From NCBI RefSeq assembly GCF_009914755.1, contig NC_060930.1: a stretch of DNA of 64,000 nt; one strand, 5' to 3'. The notes under the pieces were generated by a model. The model saw only the letters and a list, made by a program, of their open reading frames with translations. It ran no database searches and was not told the DNA's origin. The stretch comes from the human T2T-CHM13v2.0 reference genome, Homo sapiens. Position 1 is the first letter of the stretch; every line of letters starts with the position of its first letter. Position numbers and translations under genes: made by a program. Of the stretch, positions 46,767-60,547 are shown piece after piece.

Positions 46767-48084
46767 TATTGTGTAATACATTCTAAACCTGTCGCCAGTT
46801 CCCTTTCATTACCTCATTTGACAGAGTAAGTGGTCAAACCTCTGAGGAGAGCTGAGGAAGGCCAAGGCCTGAGGTCCTCGAGGACCTGGGAGAGCTTCAG
46901 GTCTGCAGAACCAACCCAGGAACTGCCGGGCCGCTCCAGGGGCCCACTTCTACTGCCACGAGCATCTTAGGTTCTCTTGCTGACAGCCCCTGATGCCTGC
47001 CTGCCTGCCTGCGTGTGTTGCTGCCACCTCTGCATTTCTCCAGCCCTCTGTCTGTCTGGTGGCCTGGTCTAGTGGCCCCAGCTGTCTAGGTCCCCACTGC
47101 TGTGGCTGTGATCCTGCTTTGTGCAGGAGGCGCAGCTGCCATCCCCGCAGCCACAGCAAGCCTGCCAACTCAGGCTCAAGCAGAAGGGGAGCAGCGCCCC
47201 CATTCTTCCTGCTGGATGACACCCCAGCTCTTGTCTCTTCCTGGAATGGAGGTGGGAGGGCTTGGGGAAGATTCCACCATGATAGGACCCCATCTCCAAA
47301 CTAAGGGGCAGCTCTTTCAGTTACCGTCCTCTACAAGAATTTGCTTTAAGTTCCAAGAAACAAAGGTGGAATGTATTTTAACACCATCACACATCAAAAG
47401 TGTTCTTTCCACTGCTGATGGCTCCGTTCTTCAAGTCAAGGGCATATCTTTAGGGTGTTCTTGGGGGTATCGGGGTCCTGCTACCAGAGACCTCTTCACA
47501 GGTGTCCTCAGAAGTCCTGGGTACCCTCATCCCTCCTTATCTCAGAGACCTCTGAGGGGATGCAGATGAGGCCCCTGGTAAGCCTGCCCAGGGCCTTGCT
47601 AGATTTCCACCCCAGGGAAACCTGCTCTTGAGGACTCTGCAACATCCCAGTGACCACCAGCAGCCCATCTCTGTTTCACAGTGGTGACAATCTCCAGGCC
47701 CACACTAGCAAGCCTGGGTCTTCTCCCTCTCCCGTTGCCCTGACCTGAGACCCTTGCGGCTGACTGTTTCACTGCCTCACTCCCAGGTTTCAGTCACTAC
47801 TTCTGATCTGCCATGTGCAAGGAAAACAGATATCCACGCTTGTTAGAACTGGGGAGAAAACTAGAGATTTTTAAGAAAAATCTATGACTATAATGACCAT
47901 CATTTATAAACAACAACACTTTTAAAAATCAGATATTTGGTTGGTCAACTGTAAAGAAAATTAAAAAATGCCCCATAAAGTTTAGATGAATATTTATCCC
48001 ACCTACAAGGAAAATGCATGAACGTATAGAAGTACTGTGACACAAAGTCCATTTGAGAGGCTAAAAGGCCAAAGTGTCCGGGGG

Positions 48085-48330
48085 CTGAAAACCTGCAGCC
48101 ACCTGCCAGGTTCAAATGCCAGCTCTACCGCTTGACAGGCTACATGACTGTAACAAGTTACTTAACTTCTTTATACCTCAATTTTCATCATCTGCAAAAT
48201 GGAGTTGATACTAATAATGCCTAGCTTACATGGTTTTTGTGAAGACTAAATTATCTGATCTGTATAAAGCATTTGGAGGCAGGCTGCCCACAGTAAATCC
48301 TATATAAGCGCTTGCTATTCTATTATTATC
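48085..48330 (+). mobile_element. MIR
   Basis: ggttcaaatgccagctctacc...caagttacttaacttct...cctcaattttcatcatctgcaaaatgg. Confidence 0.85.
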
Positions 48331-50441
48331 AAGATTTCAACAATTATGACTATTTAGTTCATGGGCTCTGTGACATCTATTTTGATTCTTAAGATCATTT
48401 TCCTTATTTCTTGTTATCTGTGAAGTCTTGAATAGCTGAGGTTACTGAGTAGTTCACTTCTATATAGGAGAGATACTATAAATGCTTCAGTAATGCACTC
48501 ATGATGGAATGAAGACAGTTGACCATGTTCTTTGTTTTTGGTATAATTTTAAAAGATATATAGACACATATGCACATGTATACATACATATGCATACATC
48601 ACATGCACTCATTTGTGCAAATAACCAATGGAGATTTAATGTCACTGTGAATTGCAAAACACACTCTACTGAGAGTATTAAAAAATAATGATGCTCACAA
48701 ACTGAGATAGGTTGTCTTGATCGGACTCTGGTCACCCTGTTTAGGAAACAGTGTAATTGTACATGCTATGGTCTCCTCCATTGAGTTCAAGGACTCAGGA
48801 AATTGTATACTAGGTTTCCTGAGACAAAGCACCACTTTAATCAAATAATTAGTTATTTTGGTGTTTTAAAGCACAGCCCACAACAAACCATTATTTATTG
48901 TCCACCTAATGTATGCAAAGTAGCAAAACAAATAGATTTGCTATTAGTTTTTTAAAAAGTTAAATTATTTCTGGCGCCAGAACTAATTATTTAGTTAAAA
49001 TCACTTTAGCATTGCTGCTATGTATATACTTTTATTAATTATCTATTTGATATAAATGTCTTCAAGTACGGTCATTAATGGAAAATGTTTGCTAAAACCA
49101 ATAAATGATAGGATTTTGAAATCCATCAAAGTCTGCCAAATGCTAGCACTTTCACTTGTGTCTTGGTTCCTACTAAACAATTAACATTTATTATATTAAA
49201 ATCCTTTAAGTTAACCATTTTATCTTGGCAGTTATCAACTCTGAGAGAGCGAATTTGTAGAGCCCTAATTCTGCAGCGAAGGCAAGTCTGTGATTTTGAA
49301 AATGGGGAAGATTGGAATCTGCCCTCTTCAGACTTAAAACAGGGGATCTTAATCAGGCTCCTCTTTCCTGGTGGATGGAGGTGGGGAAAGGCACGATTCT
49401 ATAGACCAAGCCTGGCTGGATCTGTCGTCTTTCATTCAGGCTTCAAAGTACTGGTCATGCCAAGTTTCATGTGGAAGGACGGTAGAGCCTGATAAACCTG
49501 CCCTTGGCCGTCCTCGGAGAGATTGACTAGGCCTGTGGTCAACGCTTTAAGTATCTTGTTCTGCACTGATCTCATCCTTTGGTCTAACCTAGAGATCTAC
49601 AACTCAACAAATGTCATCATCGGTGTTCCCCGGATGAGAAAAATCAGTGGCTTACATGTTCATAGCTACTTGAACAGGAAAAAAAAAAAAAAAAAGGGCT
49701 TTGAGTTTTTCCTCCAAAATATTGTTACCCCTGAAACACATCTGTAGGCCTGGTTTTGAAACCCGTGGTAGCAGAGCCTACATGTTAGGGGCTTGAGGAG
49801 GACAGGGAGGTTGGGTGTTTCCACTCTGCATGTGAATCCTCTGAATTATACTTTTTTTACTCTGCTGTTTCAACAGTCCACTTGACATTAATGCCTACTA
49901 ATTTGGGTAAATGTGGCTCTAGATCCTTTAAATGAAGAAAAAATCAAAAGCATGAAAAAGTGAAAACAAATTTAAATTTAGCAATTCAAGGTGCAATAAA
50001 ACACCACCATATCCTTTAAAAAGGTAATTACATTGTAAGTCTCTGGTTAAAATGGAAACTGAGAGAAAGATTAATAAAATACATTATTGAGAAAGTAATC
50101 CATTTTTAAAGTTCAACTAATTCAACACAGCATACATTTACTAAAAGCCTAAACTATATTCCTGTCATAAGTATAATTAAGTAACTAATAAAATAAACCC
50201 AAAGCTCGATATTGTTTATATGGCTTGGAAGTAATTCCCAAGTACTTCTGAGCCCCAGGGGTAGGAGCCTTGTCCTGAGTAAGTCACTTCATTTGTCTAG
50301 GTGTTAATTCTTCTAACTGTAAAATGAAAATTATTTCCTCATGGAAAAATTCTTCTCTCTTCCTGTTTCCTTATAAGGCCCTTCAAATCCATTACCTTCT
50401 AATACTCCTTACATTCCTCCAGCATTAAATAAGGTGTTTAA

Positions 50442-50756
<315 letters not shown>

Positions 50757-52627
50757 AGGTGAGTCATTTTCTAACTTGAAAATTTATTCTAATTATATTT
50801 ATTGTCAACATAACTATATAAAATCTGTCCAATTCCTCAAAAGTCAATTTCAACAATGCGTTTGAAGGCAGATGCTTTCTCTGCCCATCACTGACTAAAT
50901 TCCTTAGCTTTTGGGCCTAGGAAAATGACATGAAAATCCGGCAAGATGACGTCATGCCACAAGAAGGTTAATGTAAGAGAACCTCTGGCAAGTGAGACCG
51001 CCAGGTGGGCCCCTCCAGGCCTCTCTGCTCTGAACTCAACACACACAGCTCCTAAAAAGAGGAAACCAAAGCCGGAGTGGGTGAAGAGCCAGAGGAAGCC
51101 TAACATTTAGGATATTAAAATTCAGATCTCCCTTCCACAGTCCAGTTAACATAGACTTTAAAGTGTGCATGATGGACTTAGAAGTGAATGCAGGTTGAGC
51201 CTTAGACTAGCATAAAGTAGGGAGCAACACCCCAAATTATGGTAAACACTGAAAATATAGTAAATGGGCCTTAGACTTTGACTCCATTTATTTATAATTA
51301 GCAAGAAAACAGATTCCTTTAATGATTCCAAGGTGTTAAAAAGTGTTACAAAAAATTATTTCTGAAGCATCTCATTCAGACAGACAGAAAACGGTGGAAA
51401 GGCATTAGGGGCCGGAATGGTGCCCACCCATCCTGGGCGCCAGGCACAGGGCGCATTCTCACAAACATCTCCCCTTTCCCTTGTTGGAAAGACACAGGGT
51501 TGGATGAAATGATTTCTAAAGTCTGTTTAACAATAAAATTGGTCACATTTTGCTATTTCCACATCTTTGGTCATGAGAAAAATGAAGTCACTATGTAAAT
51601 GATAGCCTCTAAGATGTTCAATGAATCAGTCTCAGAGACAGAAAAGTTTTGTCAAAAAACCATAAAAACAATTTTGGTGCCCTGGAGGCATCAAAAATTA
51701 GTTACCACCAATAGTTGCGGGACATTATCAAACACTTCAAATCTTTTCATTAGAAATTGACATTTTTCCTATTTTTGCTCTTAGTAGGTACTAGTTAAAA
51801 TTCTACATTAATGATGAAATGCTATTTGGAGTAGAACATGTATTCTTTAATGCCTCTAAGTATTTTATTAGAGATCATTTTATAATTTCCTCATAGGAAC
51901 ATGAGTCAAAGTCTACTGCATTTAAATAATTACTTGCCTTACACACACCACAAAAGCATTAGTTGGACACTGGTATAAATTCCATACAAAATGCCAGTTC
52001 TTTGAAGCCATCTGAATCTCCTTGAGAATATTTCCTAAAAGCCTCACCTATGACTTTAAAACGGAAGATGGAGAAAATGCCAGTTGCAACCTCGCTGGCT
52101 CTCATTAAGGGGTCACTGTCAGAAATTGGTTGAGGAGAAGGAGAAGGAGGGGTAATTTCCCTTTAAAATGGAGAGGAGCTTCTTTTAGAAAGGAAATTCG
52201 CTGAGGAAGTTGTTTTAAAACAAATAAATGTTCAGGATGAAGCCAGCAAAAGGTGTGAAGGGGCCCGCTTTGATTTTCCAATTTGTGTATTTGGGCTCAG
52301 ACAAGGACAACATTTTATGCACATATTAATCGAATGCAAATACACCTCCCGCGAGGACAGCGGTATTTGACACTGAGTATTGTCAACAGAAAGGTTTTTG
52401 GCGTATTTTTTAATCTCATCAAGGTGCCTATGGAAGGGGCAGTACCCGGGGAGGTGGGACGTCCCTGTGCCTGGGAATGGAGTCTGGGCTGGACTTCCAG
52501 ATGGGTCCGGAGCAAGTGATTTACGGAATTATCTCCACATCAATGAGTTTTTGGAAAGCTGTAAACATCTCCTTCCAAGTCTTCAGGTGACTGTGTTTGT
52601 TTAGCCCCCTCCTCCTCTCCCCCAGGA

Positions 52628-52798
52628 GCTCTGGTTCTTCAACTTGAGTGGGCATCAATCACCTGGGGGGCTTGTGACAACAGTTTTCGAGGCCCCACCC
52701 CACCTGAGGCCACAGCTCTGTGGGGCCCAGGGATGTGCATTTCTCACAAGTCGCCGGGTGACGCTGGTCCAAGACCACACCTTGAGACCCGCTGCTCT
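52628..52798. mobile_element. MER5A-like element
   Basis: tggttcttcaacttgagtgggcatcaatcacctggg...tgcatttctcacaag...gaccacaccttgaga. Confidence 0.8.
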
Positions 52799-53119
52799 AA
52801 ACATCGGTTTTGATCCTCAGATGCTCTAAAACGTTGCTTGTTCCGAAAAAGGGGGACAGCAAACTAGAGCTTTTACCACACATTGGATAAAGAAGTTGTG
52901 CTCATTCAACACCAACAGGAAGCTTGTTTCCAAAGGCTTACCAAGCTGTGCAGGGCGAAACCTGTCATGAGGTGAGGGTGGGTGAAGGCTTGGAGGTGAA
53001 GGAAATCTATCTTTTCACGCCCCAGTGCTGGTTTCTTGTCTTTTTTGTAGGGAACGGCATTCAAACACAGACCCATGCAGTAAGCTGTGGACACACTTAG
53101 AGAAACCCGAGTTGATTTT

Positions 53120-53400
53120 TATTTATTCATCCATCGTTCTTTCACTCAAAAACATGTATTAAATGCCTCCTGTGTGCAGGTGCTGTTCTGGGCTTTTAGG
53201 AAATGTGGGTGAACAGTGGACTCCTTGGCCCTGGAGCTTCGGTAGGAGAAACAGTAAAGAGGTCTAAGATTTAGCTGCCATGGTCTGGAAGGACGTGACC
53301 TGTGCGATGACAAAGCCAGGAAGGTGGGAGAGGGGTCCAGGAGTGGGCAGCGTGGGGCAGCTGCGAAGGGGATGGGGGCTGGTGGCAGGTGAGCCCAGAT
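53120..53400. mobile_element. L2-like fragment
   Basis: attcatccatc...catgtattaaatgcctcctgtgtgcaggtgctgttctggg. Confidence 0.6.
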
Positions 53401-53421
53401 GAGGTGGGCAGTGGGAGGGGC

Positions 53422-53931
53422 TCTTACCAGAAAGGGGTCCCGATCCGGACCCCAAGAGAGGGATTTTGGATCTTGCGCAAGAAAGAATCCAGGGCGAGTT
53501 CAGACAGTAAAGTGAAAGCAAGTTTATTAAAAAGGAAAGGAATAAAGAAGCGGCCACTCCATAGGAGAGCAACCCCGAGAGCAGCCTGTTGCTCATTTTT
53601 ATGGTTATTTTTTGATGTTATGCTAAACAAGGAGTGGATTATTCATGCTTCCCTTTTTCAGACCATAAACTGTCATGGCGCTGGTGGGAGTGTAGCATCG
53701 AGGACGACCAGAGCTCACTCTTATCGCCATCTTGGTTTTGGTGGGATTTGGGCTCTCCTCTACTGCAACCAGTTTTATCGGCAAGGTCTTTATGACCTGT
53801 GCCTTATACTGACCTCTTATCTCATCCCGTGACTTAGAATGTCTAACTTACTGGGAATGCAGTAGGTCTCACCCTTATTTTACCAGGCCCCTACTCAAGA
53901 TGGAGTCGCTCTGGTTCAAATGCCTCTGACA
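53422..53931 (-). mobile_element. MER41 (ERV1) solo LTR, MER41A-like
   Basis: Reverse start tgtcagaggcatttgaaccagagcgactccatcttgagtagg; other end ttaccagaaaggggtcccgatccggaccccaagagaggg; 4-bp TSD gggc. Confidence 0.88.
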
Positions 53932-54619
53932 GGGCCTCTGAGGGAAGAGTGCTCCCCAGGAAGGGCCCTCGAGGGCAGAGGCCCTGCCCTGGACCCTGAC
54001 TCCATCCTCAGGAAGCAGCAAGGAGGTCGGAGGGGTGAGCAGGGAGGACAGGAGGATGGAGGAGGGACGGCCCAGACTGAGCCTGATGCTGTGCTGAGAG
54101 GAGACAGGTATGCACAGGTGGGCAGAGAGTGGCGATGGGGACCTGGACTTGTCCAGGTGGGAGGGGCTGTGGCCCGGACCAGGGGCTTCGGGGACAGGGA
54201 TGAGAAGCAGGAGGATTCTGGACACAGTTCTGAGGAAGAGCTGTATTCCTCTTATTGGGATTCCATGGCCTTCATCCTTGTCTAGAGAGGTTGGTGCCGG
54301 CCGTGCCTCTGTGGGAGGGGTGTGGGCTGAACCCAGGCTCCTTAGTGAAGCATTGCCCTGGCCTGAGCTTCTGCCACAGTCTGACTGGAACAGCACTAGG
54401 CCATTTATCTGTTTTCACAGTAGATGTCCCTGACACTACCAGGTCGTGCTACATTTGTCAGTGGGTCGCCTTGACAGGCTCCTCGGCCATCTCCTTCCCT
54501 TCAGGTTACTTGTCTTTTGTGCCAGCAACCCACACCCCTCACCCACACAGTTTCTCCATTTCCCCTAAGTCAGTGGACACTTGGACCCCACCCCCCACCC
54601 CGAGACACTGGGTCAGGAT

Positions 54620-56290
54620 GGGGCTCAGGACAGACACCAGTGCACCATCCATTGGTTCAGTACACACTTCAGCATGGCGTCTTTCATGCGGTCAGTGAGA
54701 AGCTCGTCATTGGGACCCCAACAAGGTTCAGCACATATAGGGGGCTAAGTCCCCAATTCCCAGGGGCTGTCCTGAAATTCTCCATAGTCTGCCATTGAAA
54801 AGGAGACATGGGATGTCCCCCTTATGTGGCCAGGCTGCCTTTCAGCCACCAACCACCCAGCCGAGGTGGGGGATGGCCCGATCCTCATTACTGGTGCCAC
54901 AGAGGTGCTGCCTCAGGGCAAGGTGGCCTGTGGTCGATGCCATTTCACTCATCTCAACCCAGCAGAGGACAATGCCCTCCATCTGTTCCCATAGACAGAG
55001 AAGCCACCCCATGACCAACTCTCTGCCCTTCTGTCTGAACCCATTTCTCAGCTCCATCCATTCTACAGTAGTGTTGGCCCAAGCTGCCATCTTGCAGGCA
55101 GGGGCAAATCTTGGGGGCTGCTCCCTGCAGGTGCAGTTGGTCTGCCTTTATCTTGGTGGTGCCTGCTGGTGGCGCAGAGAGGAGAGGAACACCTATGGGC
55201 TCATCTCAGTCTTCACTCTCCTCCATGCTAGAGCCCTCCATAGAATCCCGGAACTTAGGGCTTCAGGACGATTTAGTAATAATAGCCCTGACCAGTTGAC
55301 GTGGTGGCCAGTGACTATTCCAATGGGCATGCAACAAGCCAGGGTGTCTGTTTTGTCACCCTGTGCCAGCAGGCAGAGCAGTAAGGTCTCCAGGATCTCA
55401 GCCCCAGCAAGTCTCACCCGTCTTTCTAGTCATAGTGGCCCTGTAGCTGAGGAACCCACCTGCGCTGTGCTGACCTCAGTGGCCGCTGACCTCAGGGGCC
55501 ATGGCTGGGGGCCCTGACTTTCACTTAGTCGGATCTACACCCTGCAGCCGCTCTTCCAGACCCTCTGGCGTTTTAGGGGCATCTCCCTACTCAGGCATGG
55601 GCCCCATCCATCAAGGATAGCAGCTACTGGCCCCACATTGGTGTGGAGGGCCCACCTGGGATTGCCCCACAGATCTCCACCCCGCTTCGGTGCATCCCAT
55701 GGGCTCAGCAGGCACGGGGCTTCTTCCCACCTCCTGCCTAGCCCCCGCATCACTGTGCTGAGCTCCTGTGGGCTCCAACAGGGGTGGTGCCACGTCCAAG
55801 AGGCCCACAGGAGACCTGGAGCCAGCATGGGAGACACATGCAGTGGTGGCTGCCGAACGGGAAAACCGCTACTGTTTGTAAAGAACGTGCTGTTTACACA
55901 GCATTTTCCCTTTGCAGCCTCCAGCTAGCAGCCTCCATCTGACCCAAAACAAAGGGCCTTGATCCCCTGGTACAGCCTGCGCTCCAAGGGCTGGGCCAGG
56001 GGTTCAGATTCCTTCATGGATGAAGAGTGGATCTCCAGGTTGGCCACTCCTGGATTCCTTAGCTGGGGACTGTGAACACACGCTCTTTTTAGACCACCGG
56101 GCGGGTCTCAGGGCACACTTCCGTTACAGCTGCCAGGTGCATCTGCCACACGCAAGGATGCCCAGTGTGTCTGCCAAGACTCCACAGAGCCAAATACTGA
56201 GAAAACCACGTCACCTTCAGTGGGAGGGTCTGCACAGAAGATGGCAAGGGCGATGGCTGCAGGGATGGGGAAAGAACTTTGGCCAAAACT
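54620..56290. mobile_element. Possible degraded ERV/LTR-derived sequence (unassigned)
   Basis: Composition and phrases such as ggttggccactcctggattccttagct feel LTR-like; no TSD or coding motif found. Confidence 0.25.
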
Positions 56291-56297
56291 CAATCTG

Positions 56298-56657
<360 letters not shown>

Positions 56658-57300
56658 TTAGTGAGAATAACACTAGTGATCAAATCTGAGTGTGAGAATG
56701 GGTGCTCAGTGCTACTGGGTGTCAGAGCTTCTAGGTTCTTTCAGTAGATATATTTCAAGTTAGAAAATATATCTTACAAATAAAGCATGAGTTCATATTA
56801 ATATTTTCAGCGCAAACATAACACTGTAAAATTTTGCATGGACTTTTATTTTGTACTTGTATTCTTTTCTCACACTAAAAACCTTGGTTTACAAGAGCAT
56901 TCAAAATTACTTATTTTATCTTATACATAAAATAATTTCAAAACAATAATTCTAATATTATTACTGACAAATTGCTAAATTCAGTTTAAGATTTTTAAAT
57001 TTCTTTTGTACTTACACTATATTTCACTAAGCATGTAAATAAAGTAAATAAAAATACTGTGTTTTAAAGACCAAGAAATGGTTGTTTTCTGTATGTGGTT
57101 ACGTTACCAATTTGATATACAATTAGGTTCACACATTACAGTTTTCAATTGTATAAACCGTTTTCTGTATGATTTAATTGAACGGTACAAAAATCAAAGA
57201 GGATTAGAGGGTTAATGATTGAACTGTCACTTTCATGCCATCATTTTCCCCCTAGGGTTCGCTGTTTGTAACCATCTTTGTTAGTTTCTGGTTTATCTTT

Positions 57301-57304
57301 AAAA

Positions 57305-57371
<67 letters not shown>
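57301..57371. repeat. Compound microsatellite A(n)-(AT)n-(AG)n
   Basis: Direct read; it forms the tail side of the adjacent FLAM. Confidence 0.95.
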
Positions 57372-57373
<2 letters not shown>

Positions 57374-57516
57374 CAGGGTCTTGCTTTGTGGCCCAGGCTG
57401 GAGTGCAGTGGTATAATTATGGCTCACTGCAGGCTCAACTTCCCAGACTCAAGGGATCCTCCCGCCTTGGCCTTCCAAAGTGCTGGGAATACAGGTGTAA
57501 GCCACTGCGCCTGGCC
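57372..57516 (-). mobile_element. Alu monomer (FLAM/FRAM-like)
   Basis: cagggtcttgctttgtggcccaggctggagtgcag...caaagtgctgggaatacaggtgtaagccactgcgcctggcc. Confidence 0.85.
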
Positions 57517-58129
57517 TCGGCTTTATCCTTCTTTTTGCTAATATATACACACATATTCTTATTTCCCCACATATATGACACAAGACGCGGCCATCTATTT
57601 CTTCTGTTCTGCCCCTTGATTTTTCCCTCGCGGATGTGATATCCCGCAGATCTTGACCTATCAGTCCACAGAGATCTTCCTCTTCTTGTGGCTTCATAGT
57701 CAGCCCACTACTCGTGGACATTTTGGTTGTTTCGATCTTGTGTTATCACAAATAATGCTGTAATTAACAACACTGTGCCCAGATCGCTCTGTGCTTATGC
57801 CAGTATAAGGTTTAGATAGATTTCTAGCAGATAGGGTTGCTAGATTGAAGGGCAAATGTAGCTGTCATTTTGTTTCTATTGCTTTTAAAAATGAAATCAT
57901 GTTTTTAATCCAAAGTCAATCTTCACCCATGTCAGCATGCTCTCCTGTGTTAGATGAAATAATCTCTCACACCTGTTTGGGACTGTGGATTAGGTCTTCT
58001 TTTTTCTGCTGTCTTAAAAAGTAAACTTGTTATATATGGTATATTTATTCTGAAATTTCAGATGGATTCCCCTATTCTATACTACTGAATCTTTTCTCGT
58101 GTCTGGTCATGTTTTTGCTGTCTTCTCAT

Positions 58130-58350
58130 TCACGTGTGTGTGTCTGTGTGTGCACTCATGTGCCTGTGTCTTTGTGCATGCTCTTGTGTGTCTGTGTGTG
58201 CACGTGTGTAATGTGTGTCTCTGTGTGTGCTCATGTGTGCCTGTGTTTTTGTGTATGCTCATGTGTGTCTGTATACGTGCATGTCTTTGTGCATGCTCCC
58301 AAATATTTGTGTGTACTTGTCTGCTTGTGTGTGTATGTACATGTTTGTAT
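58130..58350. repeat. Degenerate (TG)-rich simple repeat
   Basis: Direct read. Confidence 0.9.
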
Positions 58351-59094
58351 ATTGGGGGGGCAGAGGAACAAGTGTGTGGCATTGAGCTGTGTCAGGGGCC
58401 AATATGGTTTCCAATATTGACATATTGGTTTTTTATATTTCTTAGAAATTTCTGGATCTCCCATTAGCATCTTTTAATCTGTGAACACAATTCAGGGGAA
58501 ATGGTTTACCCAAGCTGTATATTTGGGGCTTCAGGCAGCAGTGAGGTACGGAAAATAAGGGAAGCGTGAACAGTGCTGCCCAGGGTCTCAGAGGTTCAGC
58601 TGCTTCAGGTGAGGACCAGGTGATGTCATCACCAGCTCCCCCTGGATGTGCGATGTGCTCACCTGTAAGGGCGGCTGACGGGTCCGACATCATGGTCACG
58701 GTCTCTGTCACCTGTTGAGTGTGCTGAGGGCAGGCCCAGCCCTGAGCATTTCACACAAACAGACCCCTTAACCTCAAGGCCACCCCAAGGCATGGGTGCC
58801 TCAGCCTGACTCACAGATGAGCAAACCTCAGCCCCAAGAGAGGAAGCCCCCGGCCCAGGCCCCGGCCCTCCACATGTGGTCACAGCCCCCGGCCCCACTG
58901 GGCCCTTCACTTGTGACACCCACGCCTCCCTGGCCAGGCTGCTGCCACTTGCTTGGCAGGGGCTGCTCATGCCTCCAGTGTTCTCACAGAACTGGCTGGT
59001 TCTGGCCACCAGCCAGGCTGCTGACCCCGAAAATGGAAAAAGCTTTGGGGTGATCCCAAACTCCCTCCACCGAACCCATGAGCCTGCCTGCACC

Positions 59095-59475
59095 TCATCT
59101 GTCCTGTTGGCTGGGGCTGGGGAATTGGGGGTGGTCGTGAAGGGTGGGAAAGAGGGTCTTCCTTCCCCAGCGTCCTGTTGGCTGAGGGGGGTGTTGTGGG
59201 ATGTGGAGGAGGGGCTCTTCCTCCTCCAGGGTCCTGTTGGCTGAGGAGGGGTTTGAGGGAGGAGAGGGTCTTCCTCCCCAAGGATCCTGTTGTCTGGAGT
59301 GGGAGGGTGGCTCGCGAGGGGGTGGGGGAGAGGGTCTTCCTTCCCCTGAGGGGATGAGGGATCTGGGGGGAGGTATGAGGGGTGGGGGAGAGGGTTTTCT
59401 TCCCCAAGGGTCCTGTTGGCTGGGGAGGGTGGGTATTAAGGGGCTGAGGAGAGGGTCTTCCTCCCATGGAATCCT
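59095..59475. repeat. Degenerate G-rich tandem repeat, about 55-60 bp unit, about 6 copies
   Basis: Recurrent gagagggtcttccYYcccc..gRtcctgttggctg. Confidence 0.85.
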
Positions 59476-59589
59476 GGCCTCAAAAGGGTCTTTCTTCTCT
59501 GGATATCAAGTTTCTCGGTTTTAAAACTCAACGGATGAATCTAGGGGATCACCAAGGATTTACACAGCCTGGGGTATCTCTGTTCATTC

Positions 59590-59775
59590 GTGCTGGTTAC
59601 CCAGGGCAGGCACCTGGGGCCCAGCATATGTTTTGGGGGTAAGCGCTTCTTGGGTGCAGAGGCGCCGCCTGCCGCCCGCCGCCCGCGCCGCTTCCGCTCT
59701 CCGGCTCTAGAGGGCGCCCTAGCACAAGGAGCCGCCTCGCCCGGGCTGCTGGTGCAGGTTTCAACGCTCGTGCTC
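59590..59775. promoter_or_regulatory. Small CpG-dense patch with CTCF-like motif
   Basis: gcgccgcctgccgcccgccgcccgcgccgc then ggctctagagggcgccc (59703-59719), compared with the CTCF core CCACTAGAGGGCGC. Confidence 0.55.
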
Positions 59776-60172
59776 TCTCCCTGGGACCTTGGATGACAAA
59801 AAGCTGCGTGAATTTTTCACATGCATTCATGTGAAAGAAAACTGACTTTTAAAAAGTGTTATTAGAATTTGCAACTTTATGTTCTCAAAGTTTTAATTTT
59901 GCCAGAACTACAGACTTTCAGTATAAATGTACAGTGATATTTCCTGCCACCAATAATGGCTCTGTTGTCCAATGAACCGAGGACATCAAATACAGAAACA
60001 CCAAAGACGCCACAAATTCAATTTGTTAGCAATCACACGAATAGTTGCTACCTGTCCCAGCAGGATCTGCTGCAGTGCCTTTTCTGTCTTCATCAGCAGG
60101 AAAACTCTTCTCGCTGGGCTTCTTTCCGTATGCCTTTTTGTATGACCTTTCAAGATTTCTGACAGCCTAAGT

Positions 60173-60179
60173 CACACAC

Positions 60180-60213
<34 letters not shown>
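60173..60213. repeat. (CA)n microsatellite
   Basis: Direct read. Confidence 0.95.
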
Positions 60214-60216
<3 letters not shown>

Positions 60217-60255
60217 TATCATATTTTAGATCAGGATAATTTTTACAGAGAAAGA

Positions 60256-60547
<292 letters not shown>

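Larger units (their letters stand above)
56740..57870 (-). mobile_element. Old L1M 3' fragments (interrupted)
   Basis: T-rich sequence with ggacattttggttgtttc...acaaataatgctg...ttgctagattgaaggg, resembling reverse L1M. Confidence 0.55.

Noticed and set aside
54795-55517. 240-aa ORF
   Set aside because: Non-ATG start, no domain or retroviral motif recognised, and composition looks like random GC-rich translation.
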